Shown here one piece after another: positions 1 through 8,779 of a stretch of DNA of 64,000 nucleotides; the stretch's first letter is position 1, and every line of letters begins with the position of its first letter. Both the position numbers and the translations under genes were made by a program. The notes beneath the pieces are model-generated. The model worked only from the letters and a program-made list of their open reading frames with translations, was not told the origin of the DNA and did no database searches. The DNA is from an uncultured Chloroflexia bacterium (GTDB lineage: Bacteria; Chloroflexota; Limnocylindria; QHBO01). The stretch covers positions 274,248-338,247 of the forward strand of contig CAWANT010000006.1 in NCBI GenBank assembly GCA_963783495.1, given 5' to 3'.

Positions 1-215
1 TGGCAGGTGATGTGCTGTTCGCCGGCTCCTTCGGCCGCACCGACCTCCCCGGCGGCGACGACGGCGCGATGGTCGAGTCGCTGGCCAGGCTGGCCCGCGA
101 CCTGCACGACGAGGTGCGAGTGCTGCCCGGCCATGGTGCTGAAACGACGATCGGGCGGGAGCGACCCTGGATGGAGCGCATTGCCGCCGCCGGGAGACTG
201 CTGGTCCCCGGCTGA
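1..215 (+). CDS. MBL-fold metallo-hydrolase (glyoxalase II-like), 5'-truncated by window edge
   Basis: GDVLFAGSFGRTDLPGG and VLPGHG motifs typical of the C-terminal half of MBL hydrolases. Confidence 0.85.
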   Translation, partial: AGDVLFAGSFGRTDLPGGDDGAMVESLARLARDLHDEVRVLPGHGAETTIGRERPWMERIAAAGRLLVPG

Positions 216-269
216 CCAGCCGACACATCGGTCTACGATTCGACACAGCAGGGAGAGGCTTGAACGCAG

Positions 270-974
270 ATGGCCAAGCTGAGGATCACCAGGCTCGGGC
301 ACGCAGGAGTCCTGTACCGATCGCCGGGCGACAAGTGGGTCTGGGTGGACCGATGGACCGGTGCTCCAACCTACGCCGACTCCTACCGCACGGCCGAGCA
401 GGTCGATGTGGTGGCGCCGACCCACGGCCACTTCGACCACGTCGGCGACGATGCCGTCGATGTCGTGGAGCTGGCGCGGGCCGGCGCCACGGTGATCTGC
501 TCGCACGAGATGAGCCTCTACCTCGGCGAGAAGGACGTCGAGGCCGTCGGCATGAACAAGGGCGGTACCTTCGAGGCCGCCGGCATCGGCTTCACCATGG
601 TCCATGCCGAGCACTCCGGGGCGGTGAGCCTGACCGGCGGCGGACCCAGCAGCCGCGAGGTTGGCTGCTGGGGCTGGGTCATCGAGTTCGAGGACGGCGC
701 CCGCGTCTACCATACCGGCGACACCGACCTATTCGGCGATATGGCGCTGGTACGTGAGCGTTGGTCGCCATCGATCGCGATCCTGCCCATCGGAGGGCAC
801 TACACCATGGGACCGACGGACGCCGCGCGGGCGGTGGGCCTGATCGGCGCCAAGACAGTGATCCCCGTGCACTACGGCACGTTCCCCATCCTGGCCGGCA
901 CGCCCGACGCGCTGGCGGCCGAAACATCGGCTCAGGTGGTTGCGCTTGAGCCGGGTGAGACCTGGGAGGCATGA
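270..974 (+). CDS. Metal-dependent hydrolase, MBL fold (UPF0173/UlaG-like)
   Basis: LGHA, THGHFDH, YHTGDT, LPIGG-YTM and PVHYGTF motifs. Confidence 0.88.
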   Translation: MAKLRITRLGHAGVLYRSPGDKWVWVDRWTGAPTYADSYRTAEQVDVVAPTHGHFDHVGDDAVDVVELARAGATVICSHEMSLYLGEKDVEAVGMNKGGTFEAAGIGFTMVHAEHSGAVSLTGGGPSSREVGCWGWVIEFEDGARVYHTGDTDLFGDMALVRERWSPSIAILPIGGHYTMGPTDAARAVGLIGAKTVIPVHYGTFPILAGTPDALAAETSAQVVALEPGETWEA

Positions 975-975
975 C

Positions 976-1407
976 ATGTCACTGATCCTTTCGATCCTGG
1001 CCGGGCTGCTGGGCAGCCTGTTCGGCTCGGCCGCGCGGGCTGGCGCCGCCATGGGCCGCGCTCAGCTGGAGGGCGAGCCGATGCCCAAGGTGCAGAACAT
1101 CAGCGGCTCCCCGATTGCCGGCATCGTCGGCGGGGTGGTCGGCGTGGTCGCGGGCCCCAGGACGGCCTTCTGGCTCGGGGCCGTGCTGGGCGCGGCCGGC
1201 GTCGACCGCTTCGATGCCGTCCTGCTGAAGCAGGTGGGCATCGACCTGGACGCCATGGTGGCCAAGGCAAACGAGGCGGCGCAGTCGGTCGCCGGCGACG
1301 CGGCCGGGGCCGCGGAACAGTGGGTCGGCGAGATGGCGGATGCCGCCAACGAAGCCGCATCGGAGGCCGGCGACGAGGTGGAGTCCACCGCCGAGGAGGC
1401 CCGCTAG
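976..1407 (+). CDS. Hypothetical membrane-associated protein with acidic C-terminus
   Basis: ATG 2 nt after the upstream stop; hydrophobic Gly-rich segments; GC3-rich codons. Confidence 0.6.
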   Translation: MSLILSILAGLLGSLFGSAARAGAAMGRAQLEGEPMPKVQNISGSPIAGIVGGVVGVVAGPRTAFWLGAVLGAAGVDRFDAVLLKQVGIDLDAMVAKANEAAQSVAGDAAGAAEQWVGEMADAANEAASEAGDEVESTAEEAR

Positions 1408-1413
1408 CCACCG

Positions 1414-2096
1414 GTGCCTGCCCGGAAGGCGCTCCGGGTCTACCTGGAGCGCGGCGACAAGCGCACCTTTGCCGGCGCGCTCGACTGGCCAGGCTGGAGC
1501 CGCTCCGGCAAGGAGCCCGGAGGAGGCCATCGAGGCGCTGCTCGCGTACGCGCCGCGCTACGCCCGCGTCGTCAAGCGCGCCGGGCTGAAGGAAACGCCG
1601 CCCGGCGCCGACGCCACAGTCGAGGTCGCTCAGCGGCTGTCCGGGGGTGGAGGCACCGACTTCGGCGTGCCGAGCGAGTCGACCAGGCAGGACGCCGAGC
1701 CGCTGAAGGGCAAGGAGCTGTCACGCCAGCGCGCTCTGCTGGAGGCCAGCTGGAAGGCATTCGACGCCGCGGCGCGCTCGGCCAAGGGTAAGAAGCTCCG
1801 GCTGGGGCCGCGCGGCGGCGGGCGCAACCTCGCCAAGATGAGCGGCCATGTACTGGAGGCGGAGGTCGCCTACCTGGTGCCAGCTCGGCAGCAAGCCGCC
1901 GAAGGCAGCCGCCAAGGACCAGATGGCCGCGGTCCGCAAGGCGGCTCTCACCACGCTCGATGCCGTGGCCAATGGCCGTCCGCTCGAGAATCCGCGCAAC
2001 ACGCTGCATCCGTGGAGCCCGCGCTACTTCATCCGCCGCTCGGCGTGGCACGCGCTCGATCACGCCTGGGAGATCGAGGACCGCATCGAGGACTGA
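1414..2096 (+). CDS. Conserved hypothetical protein, HicB-like N-terminus plus DinB-like C-terminus (frameshifted)
   Basis: Three frames join: ALDWPGWSRSGK / EEAIEALLAYAPRY...HVLEAE / RRSAWHALDHAWEIEDR. Confidence 0.6.
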
Positions 2097-2100
2097 CCCC

Positions 2101-2692
2101 CTAGGCGCCCGCGTGCAGGGCCGTTTCGACGACGACGTGCCAGACCAGCACGCCGCCCAGCCCAATGGCGACCAGGCCCACCGCCACGTTCAGCGCCAGA
2201 GCGCGGATGGTGACGACCGCCTGCAGCGTCCCATCGCGACGCGCCCAGCCCAGCCGCAGCAGCGGTGCGATGGCCGCGCTGGCGGCCAGCGCCGGCGCCA
2301 GCACCAGCAGGAGGTCAACGGAAGGGACGCTGGTCATGCGCCGCCTGGATTGGCGCCGCGAACTCGCGCACGGGGGTGAGGTCGAGCTCGTACGCCAGCA
2401 GCGATGACGTGACCAGGAAGAGGGTGGGCAGGATCAGCAGCGCTCCGATCACGGCAAAGGCGGTGGGGTGGCGCCACGCGGGACGAATGGTCATGACGGT
2501 GTCTCCTTGCAGAGCGCGATGGACTGCGTTCGCGCGCAGCGCGAGGCCGCTCCACGCCACGTCGAACATCGCGCGGGGCGTGAGCGGAACCTCTGAGAGC
2601 AGGTCAAGCAGCTCGTCGCCGTAGCGCTCGCGCCAGGCTCGCGGATAGCAGCGCAGCAGGAGCTCCGCGAGGTTGTCGCGTCGAAGGCTCAT
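2101..2692 (-). CDS. PadR-associated membrane protein (frameshifted)
   Basis: N-terminal LLRCYPRAWRERYGDELLDLL motif typical of PadR partner proteins; TM helices across two frames; ATGA overlap with padR. Confidence 0.65.
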
Positions 2693-2991
2693 GCGCCCAC
2701 TCGCTGCAGCCCGGTGCGCACCGCGCGATCCAGGCCACCCAGTCGACGCTCCAGCACGCGGCGCCCGCCCGGAGTGAGCCGGTAGGGCCGGCGCCGACCG
2801 TCGCTCGGCAGCGGCGCGACATGACCCTCCTCCTCCAGGCGGCTCAGCGCCCCATACAGCGTGCCGGGGCCGAGCCGGACGCCGGCGAAGTCGGCGATGT
2901 CGAGCAGCATGGCGTGGCCGTGCTTCGGCCCGCCGGCGAGGCTGATCATCAGCAGCAGGCGCGGATCGTTGCTGGGTGCGGAATCGCGCAT
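2689..2991 (-). CDS. PadR family transcriptional regulator
   Basis: GPKHGH...LGPGTLYGALSRLEEEG...RRRPYRLTPGG; GAGGAGG RBS before ATG at 2991. Confidence 0.88.
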   Translation of the reverse strand: MRDSAPSNDPRLLLMISLAGGPKHGHAMLLDIADFAGVRLGPGTLYGALSRLEEEGHVAPLPSDGRRRPYRLTPGGRRVLERRLGGLDRAVRTGLQRVGA

Positions 2992-3106
2992 GGCCTCCTC
3001 ATCAGGGTTCGCACTACTACGTGCCGCGTAGTATTGCCCGGGATTGCGGCGATCGTCAAGGCCGAGCCCGATGAGAGCGCCGGTCGGACGGCGGTAGAAT
3101 CGGTCC

Positions 3107-4043
3107 ATGCCCCCTTCGGACGAGGTCCTTGTCCACGCGCGCGGTCTGACGAAGCGGTTCGACGAGTTCACGGCGGTCAACGCCATCGACTTCGACGTGC
3201 ACGTGGGCGAGGCATTCGGCTTCCTGGGCCCGAATGGCGCCGGCAAGACCAGCACCATGCGCATGATCGCCTGCTCGTCGCCGGTGACCGCCGGCGAGCT
3301 GACCGTGATCGGCATGGACCCGCGCCGCAACGCGCCGCAGATCAAGGCGCGTCTGGGCGTGGTGCCGCAGCTGGACAACCTGGACGCAGAGCTGACGGTG
3401 CGCGAGAACCTGGAGATGTACGCGCGCTACTTCGATATTCCCGATGCGGTGGCGAGGGCCCGGGCCGACGAGCTGCTCGAGTTCGTCCAGCTCTCCGAGC
3501 GCGCCACCGACCAGGTCGAGCCGCTCTCGGGCGGCATGAAGCGGCGGCTGACGATCGCCCGCTCGCTGATCAACGAGCCGGAGCTGATCATCCTGGACGA
3601 GCCGACCACCGGCCTCGATCCGCAGGCGCGGCACCTGCTCTGGGAGCGGCTCTACCGCCTGAAGCAGCGTGGCGCCACGCTGATCATCACCACCCACTAC
3701 ATGGACGAGGCCGAGCAGCTGTGCGATCGGCTGGTGGTGATGGACAAGGCCGAGATCGCCGCCGAAGGGTCGCCGCGGGAGCTGATCGATCGCTACTCGA
3801 CGCGCGAGGTGCTCGAGCTGCGCTTCGCGGATTCCGTGCGCGAGAGCCTGGACGGCCGCCTGGACGGGCTGGCGGACCGCATCGAGGCGCTGCCCGACCG
3901 ACACCTGCTCTACGTCGAGGACGGTGAGCGTGCGCTCGAGATGGTGCACGACCGCCAGATCCCGGTGGAGTCGGCGCTCGTCCGGCGCGCCACGCTGGAG
4001 GATGTCTTCCTGTCGCCTGACCGGGCGGACGCTGATCGAATGA
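3107..4043 (+). CDS. ABC-2 exporter ATP-binding subunit (NodI/DrrA-like); indel near 4013 falsely fuses it to the permease
   Basis: [34 protein letters not shown]; ending TLEDVF-LTGRTLIE* is restored by a 1-nt correction. Confidence 0.9.
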
Positions 4044-4819
4044 CCGCGGCCACGCGCGTCCTGCAGCGCAACCTGCTGGTCTACCGGCGCACCTTCCGCG
4101 GCAGCATCTTCAGCTCATTCGTCACGCCGCTGCTCTACCTGACGGCCATGGGCCTCGGGCTCGGCCAGCTGGTGACGCGCGACGTGAGCAGCCTGCCGGG
4201 CGGTGACTACCTGGCGTTCCTGGGTCCGGGCATCATGGCGGCCACCTGCATGCAGTCGGCCGTCTTCGAGTCGACCTTCCCGATCATGGGCAAGATCATG
4301 TGGCGCCGGAACTACGAGGCCATGCTGGCCACGCCCATCGAGGTGCGCCACATCCTGGGTGGCGAGCTGCTGTGGATCGGCTTCCGGATGGTGCTCATTT
4401 CGAGCGTCTTCCTGGTGGTGCTCACGCTGTTCCGCATCCCGACCTCCTTCCTGGCGCTGCTGGCCGTGCCGGCCTGCGTGCTGCTGGGGGTGGCCTTTTC
4501 GGCGGCGATCATCAGCTTCGCGGCCACGCAGCGCAACGACGCGGGCTTCGCCTGGATGTTCCGCTTCGTCATCAACCCGCTCTTCCTGTTCAGCGGCACC
4601 TTCTTCCCGCTGAGCTCACTGCCCGAATCGCTGAAGTGGTTCGAGTGGATCGCGGCCGCCACGCCGCTGTACCACGGGGTCGCCCTGGTCCGCGGCGCAG
4701 TTCTGGGCGACGCGGGAACGCTGGCCGGCTGGCCGTGGCACGTCGCCTACCTGGTGATCTTCGCGTCGGCCTTCGCGGTCGTCGCCCATCGGCTCCTCAG
4801 CCGCAGGCTGGAGAAATAG
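4040..4819 (+). CDS. ABC-2 exporter permease (NodJ-like)
   Basis: ATGA overlap; multiple TM segments; PLFLFSGTFFP motif. Confidence 0.88.
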   Translation: MTAATRVLQRNLLVYRRTFRGSIFSSFVTPLLYLTAMGLGLGQLVTRDVSSLPGGDYLAFLGPGIMAATCMQSAVFESTFPIMGKIMWRRNYEAMLATPIEVRHILGGELLWIGFRMVLISSVFLVVLTLFRIPTSFLALLAVPACVLLGVAFSAAIISFAATQRNDAGFAWMFRFVINPLFLFSGTFFPLSSLPESLKWFEWIAAATPLYHGVALVRGAVLGDAGTLAGWPWHVAYLVIFASAFAVVAHRLLSRRLEK

Positions 4820-5656
4820 GTGGCCGGACCGATGGAAGCCACCACGCGGCGGTTGCTGGGTCCGATCCCGACGCCGGAGTTCGTGTCATCCCTGCTGCGC
4901 GCTCGGCGGCTGGTGCAGCGCAACCTGCTCGTCTACCGGCACAGCTGGATCATCATCGTCTCGGGCTTCTTCGAGCCGCTCTTCTACCTGCTGGGCATCG
5001 GCTACGGGCTCGGCAGCCTGACCGACGGCGTGACCCTGACCGACGGCCGCACCATCCCGTACCAGGCCTTCGTGGCGCCGGGGCTGCTCGCGATGTCGAC
5101 CCTCAACGGGGCGATCGCCGAGTCGATCTTCAACGTCTTCTTCAAGCTGAACTTCGCGCACATCTACGACGGGATCCTGGCCACGCCACTGGGGATCCGC
5201 GACATCGCCCTCGGCGAGCTCATCTGGTCCCTGTTCCGGGGCAGCATCTACGTGGTCGCGTTCCTGATCGTGATGCTGGCGCTGGGCCTGATCCTGTCGC
5301 CATGGGCCATCTTCGTCCCTGCCGCGGCCGTCCTGCTGGGCGCCGCCTTCAGTGCCGCCGGGCTGGCGACCACTGCCTACCTGCGCACGGTGCAGGACTT
5401 CGACCTGCCAATGGGCCTGGTGGTGATGCCGATGTTCCTGTTCAGCGGCACCTTCTTCCCGGTCAGCTTCTACCCGGTGCCGATCCAGATCCTGATGGAG
5501 GCGATCCCGCTGTACCACGGCGTGACCCTGCTGCGCGCGCTGACCACCGGGGTGATCGAGCCGCGGCTGGCGTGGGACCTGCTCTACCTGTTCGTCTTCT
5601 GCGGGATCTGCTTCTTCATTGCCATGCGCCAGATCGAGCGCAAGCTGATCAAGTAG
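4820..5656 (+). CDS. ABC-2 exporter permease (second paralog)
   Basis: FEPLFYL, YQAFVAPG and PMFLFSGTFFP motifs; start may be ATG 4832. Confidence 0.88.
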   Translation: MAGPMEATTRRLLGPIPTPEFVSSLLRARRLVQRNLLVYRHSWIIIVSGFFEPLFYLLGIGYGLGSLTDGVTLTDGRTIPYQAFVAPGLLAMSTLNGAIAESIFNVFFKLNFAHIYDGILATPLGIRDIALGELIWSLFRGSIYVVAFLIVMLALGLILSPWAIFVPAAAVLLGAAFSAAGLATTAYLRTVQDFDLPMGLVVMPMFLFSGTFFPVSFYPVPIQILMEAIPLYHGVTLLRALTTGVIEPRLAWDLLYLFVFCGICFFIAMRQIERKLIK

Positions 5657-6317
5657 GCTCGCCCGGCGCCCGTCCAAGCAGCAATGGCAGCGCCGCCCGG
5701 ATGTAGCCCAGCCCGGACGCCACGCTCAGTACGGTGGCCACCACCATGGTCGCGACGCCCACGGTGGTCAGCCAATCGTCAACGCCGGTGCCCGCCAGCG
5801 GGCCGCCAGTAGAGGCGTCGTAGGCGAGCATCAGCAGCCCCATCCCGAGCAGGGTGGCGAAGGTCTTGCCCTTGCCCCAGGCCCGCGCCGGCATGACCAC
5901 GTCGGCGCTGGCCGCCAGCTGGCGCACGCCCTGGACCACCAGCTCACGGATCAGGAGCAGCGCCGCGATCCAGGCCGACAGCAGCGAAACCTCGACCATG
6001 GCGATCAGCGCCCCCGCCACCAGCACCTTGTCGGCGGTCAGGTCCATGAAGATGCCGAGCGGGCTCACCTCGCCGCGTGCCCGCGCGAGGCGCCCGTCGA
6101 TGAAGTCGGTCAGGGCGGCGGCGCCGAATACCAGGAAGGCCACCAGGCCGGCGCCCGGGAACGGGTACAGCAGGAGCGCCATCACCACCGGCGTGGCCGC
6201 GATGCGCGCCACGCCCAGCATATTGGGCAGCGACGTCAGCCGGGCCGGTCGAGCCGGCCTGACCGATGGGGCCGGTGCCTGCGTTCCGGCGGTAGTTGGG
6301 CGCTCAGCCTCAGCCAT
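5649..6317 (-). CDS. pgsA: CDP-alcohol phosphatidyltransferase (PgsA-like)
   Basis: LPNMLGVARI and TDFIDGRLARARGEVSPLGIFMDLTADK signature. Confidence 0.85.
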   Translation of the reverse strand: MAEAERPTTAGTQAPAPSVRPARPARLTSLPNMLGVARIAATPVVMALLLYPFPGAGLVAFLVFGAAALTDFIDGRLARARGEVSPLGIFMDLTADKVLVAGALIAMVEVSLLSAWIAALLLIRELVVQGVRQLAASADVVMPARAWGKGKTFATLLGMGLLMLAYDASTGGPLAGTGVDDWLTTVGVATMVVATVLSVASGLGYIRAALPLLLGRAPGEPT

Positions 6318-6960
6318 TGGAGCTCACAGCCTCCCGTTCACCGATCCGCCGCTCGGTGCCGTTCCGCAGACGGCGCAGGTTGTCGCGGTGCGAGCCGATG
6401 ACCAGCAGCCCCGTCGCGAGGGCGTAGGCGACCGCCGCCCAGCCGACCACGCCGATTGCCGCCAGCACGGCCGTGACCGCCGGCGCCGTGGCGGCCGCCA
6501 CCACCGAGCCCAGCGAGACGTAGCGCGACTGCCACACCACGATCGCCATCAACGGGCCGATCACCGCCAGCGTCCACGGTGAGATGACCAGCAGCCCACC
6601 CGCCGACGTGGCCACCCCGCGCCCACCGCCGAACCCGATGAAGACCGACCAGTTGTGGCCGACCACCGCCGCGACGCCGGCCGCCGCAGCCACCCATTCC
6701 GCTGATCCGCCGGGCCCGGCCTGGTACAGCGCCTGCGCCAGCAGCACCGCCAGCGCCCCCTTGGCCACATCCAGCACGAAGACCGCAACCGCCCAGCCCA
6801 ATCCGAGCGTTCGCAGCGCGTTGGTGGAGCCTGTTCGTCGGGAGCCGTGCTGCCGCAGGTCGACGCCGCCGGCCAGGCGTCCGGCCAGGAGGCCGAATGG
6901 GATGGCGCCGATCAGGTACCCCAGGCCGATGAGCGCGACCGCCCCGAAGGGGCCAGCCAC
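6310..6960 (-). CDS. plsY: Glycerol-3-phosphate acyltransferase PlsY
   Basis: GYLIGAIPFG, GSRRTGSTNALR, DVAKG, GHNWSVFIGFGGGRGVAT, HRDNLRRL; GTG start at 6960 inferred. Confidence 0.92.
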   Translation of the reverse strand: MAGPFGAVALIGLGYLIGAIPFGLLAGRLAGGVDLRQHGSRRTGSTNALRTLGLGWAVAVFVLDVAKGALAVLLAQALYQAGPGGSAEWVAAAAGVAAVVGHNWSVFIGFGGGRGVATSAGGLLVISPWTLAVIGPLMAIVVWQSRYVSLGSVVAAATAPAVTAVLAAIGVVGWAAVAYALATGLLVIGSHRDNLRRLRNGTERRIGEREAVSSNG

Positions 6961-6967
6961 GGGACGA

Positions 6968-7297
6968 TCAGCTCCCCGAGGCCGCCCTGCGGCCCTGGAG
7001 GAAGCGCAGTCCGACGATGACGCCGGCCCAGGCCGCCGCGCCGCCGAGCCCCACCCACAGGGCGACGGGCAAGCCACTCGGCCAGGCGAGGGAGAAGGCG
7101 ATCAGGCCGGCCGCGAGGGCGCCACCGAACAACCAGGTCATGAAGCGGCGCGACCAGAAGACGAAGGGGCCGGCCGGCTTGGCACGTCGTGCGGTCCGCG
7201 CCGCGGCGCGACCGCGATTGGCGGCAGCCCCCGGCACGGCGTACGGATCCTGGCTCTTGGTCATGCGCTTGTAGGCGCGTCGCTCGGCGCGGGACAT
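6968..7297 (-). CDS. Small hypothetical membrane protein (basic N-terminus, 2 TM)
   Basis: First gene of the plsY-pgsA run; TACACT -10 box 7 nt upstream of ATG. Confidence 0.65.
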   Translation of the reverse strand: MSRAERRAYKRMTKSQDPYAVPGAAANRGRAAARTARRAKPAGPFVFWSRRFMTWLFGGALAAGLIAFSLAWPSGLPVALWVGLGGAAAWAGVIVGLRFLQGRRAASGS

Positions 7298-7318
7298 CGG
7301 TCCGAGTGTACCCCGGCC

Positions 7319-8686
7319 TCAGTCCTCGTCGTGCACCGGCGGCCGGCGGTGACCGGACGAGCCCATGGCGGAATGCTCGTCCTCCACCTTGAGCTGCACG
7401 GGATCGGTACCGAAGATCGCGGTCAGCAACCAGTCGAGCGCCACGTGCGCCTTGCCGCTGAAGCCCGGCGTCCGACTCCAGTAGTAGCCGCGCCACATGA
7501 ACCACGCCAGCAGGCCGCGCACCCGGATGCCGAACACCACGCCCACGCCGGTGTGATGGCCGATCGAGGCCAGCTGCCCGAGGGGCCGGTAGCGGAACGG
7601 CTTGGGCGGCGTGCCGTCGATATGGGCCAGGATGTTGTGCGCCAGCGCCTTCGCCTCGCGGACCGCGTTCTGGGCGGTGGGCGCGTGCGGCGGCCCGTCC
7701 GGGTCGTCGACGTTGGGGATCACCGCGCAGTCGCCAATGGCGAACACGCCCGTCCGGCTCGTGGCCATGGTCGCATCGGTGATCGCCCGTCCGGCGCGGT
7801 CGACCTCGACCCCGACCTGCGCCACCAAGGGGGCGGGCCGCACGCCGGCGGTCCATATGACGGTGCGGGTGGGGATGGTCCGGCGCGCATCGCCCTCGCC
7901 GATGACGACCTCGTTCTCGCGCACCTCCTTGATGGGCATGCCGGTCAGGACCTCGTAGCCGCGCTGCTCGAGACGCCGACGCGCATAGTCACCCATCGGT
8001 CCCGGCATCTCGGGCAGGATGCGGTCGCGCAGCTCCACCAGGTGGGCCGTGACATCCGTCTGGCGCAGCTTCGGGTAATAGCGCCTGCGCACACGCTGGA
8101 TGAAGTCCTCCACCTCGCCCGCCGTCTCCACTCCGGAGAATCCCCCGCCGCCCACCACGAAGGTCAGCTGGGCCCGCTTCTCGTCAGGGTCCTCCTCCAG
8201 GTCGGCGCGCTCCAGGATCTCGATCATGCGGTTGCGCAGGCTGAAGGCGTCGGCCAGCGACTTCATGCCAATGGTGTGCTCCTCCACGCCGGGGATGCCG
8301 AATCCGTACGTCACGCCGCCGAGCGCCAGCACCAGCGAGTCGTATCGCAGCGTGTGGAGGTCGCCGTCGCGTCCCATCACGTTCACCGCGCTGCCGTCCA
8401 GATCGACCGACTCGACGTCGGCGGTGATGCACCAGCTGCTGGGCCGCCGCAGCATGCCGCGCAGCGGGCTGACGACGTGGCGCGGCTCGAGCGCGCCGGA
8501 GCAGACCTCGGGCAGCAGCGGCGTGAAGAGCATGAAGTTGTCGCGACTCACCAGCCAGACCTCGACGTCGGTGCGCCGGCCGAGGCGGCGCTCCAGCGCC
8601 TGGGCGGTCATCACGCCCGCGAAGCCGCCGCCCAGGATCAGCACCCGGTGGGGCCACGGTGGCTCGGCGCGATAGATCGTGCGCAT
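7319..8686 (-). CDS. ndh: Type II NADH dehydrogenase-like NAD(P)/FAD oxidoreductase
   Basis: GGGFAG, FTPLLPEV, GGGFSGVETAGE, WTAGV, AIGD and AQNAVRE motifs. Confidence 0.85.
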   Translation of the reverse strand: MRTIYRAEPPWPHRVLILGGGFAGVMTAQALERRLGRRTDVEVWLVSRDNFMLFTPLLPEVCSGALEPRHVVSPLRGMLRRPSSWCITADVESVDLDGSAVNVMGRDGDLHTLRYDSLVLALGGVTYGFGIPGVEEHTIGMKSLADAFSLRNRMIEILERADLEEDPDEKRAQLTFVVGGGGFSGVETAGEVEDFIQRVRRRYYPKLRQTDVTAHLVELRDRILPEMPGPMGDYARRRLEQRGYEVLTGMPIKEVRENEVVIGEGDARRTIPTRTVIWTAGVRPAPLVAQVGVEVDRAGRAITDATMATSRTGVFAIGDCAVIPNVDDPDGPPHAPTAQNAVREAKALAHNILAHIDGTPPKPFRYRPLGQLASIGHHTGVGVVFGIRVRGLLAWFMWRGYYWSRTPGFSGKAHVALDWLLTAIFGTDPVQLKVEDEHSAMGSSGHRRPPVHDED

Positions 8687-8779
8687 CGCCTCTGATCATG
8701 GCAGCCACCGTCGGGCCATCGCAGCACGCCGCGCCGCCATCTTCGCGCGGCGGCATCGGTCTGTACCATTACGCCACCG

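Noticed and set aside
3107-4819. Apparent ATPase-permease fusion ORF (570 aa)
   Set aside because: Removing one base near 4013 restores the usual ...LTGRTLIE-stop with an ATGA overlap at 4040-4043. It is an indel artefact.
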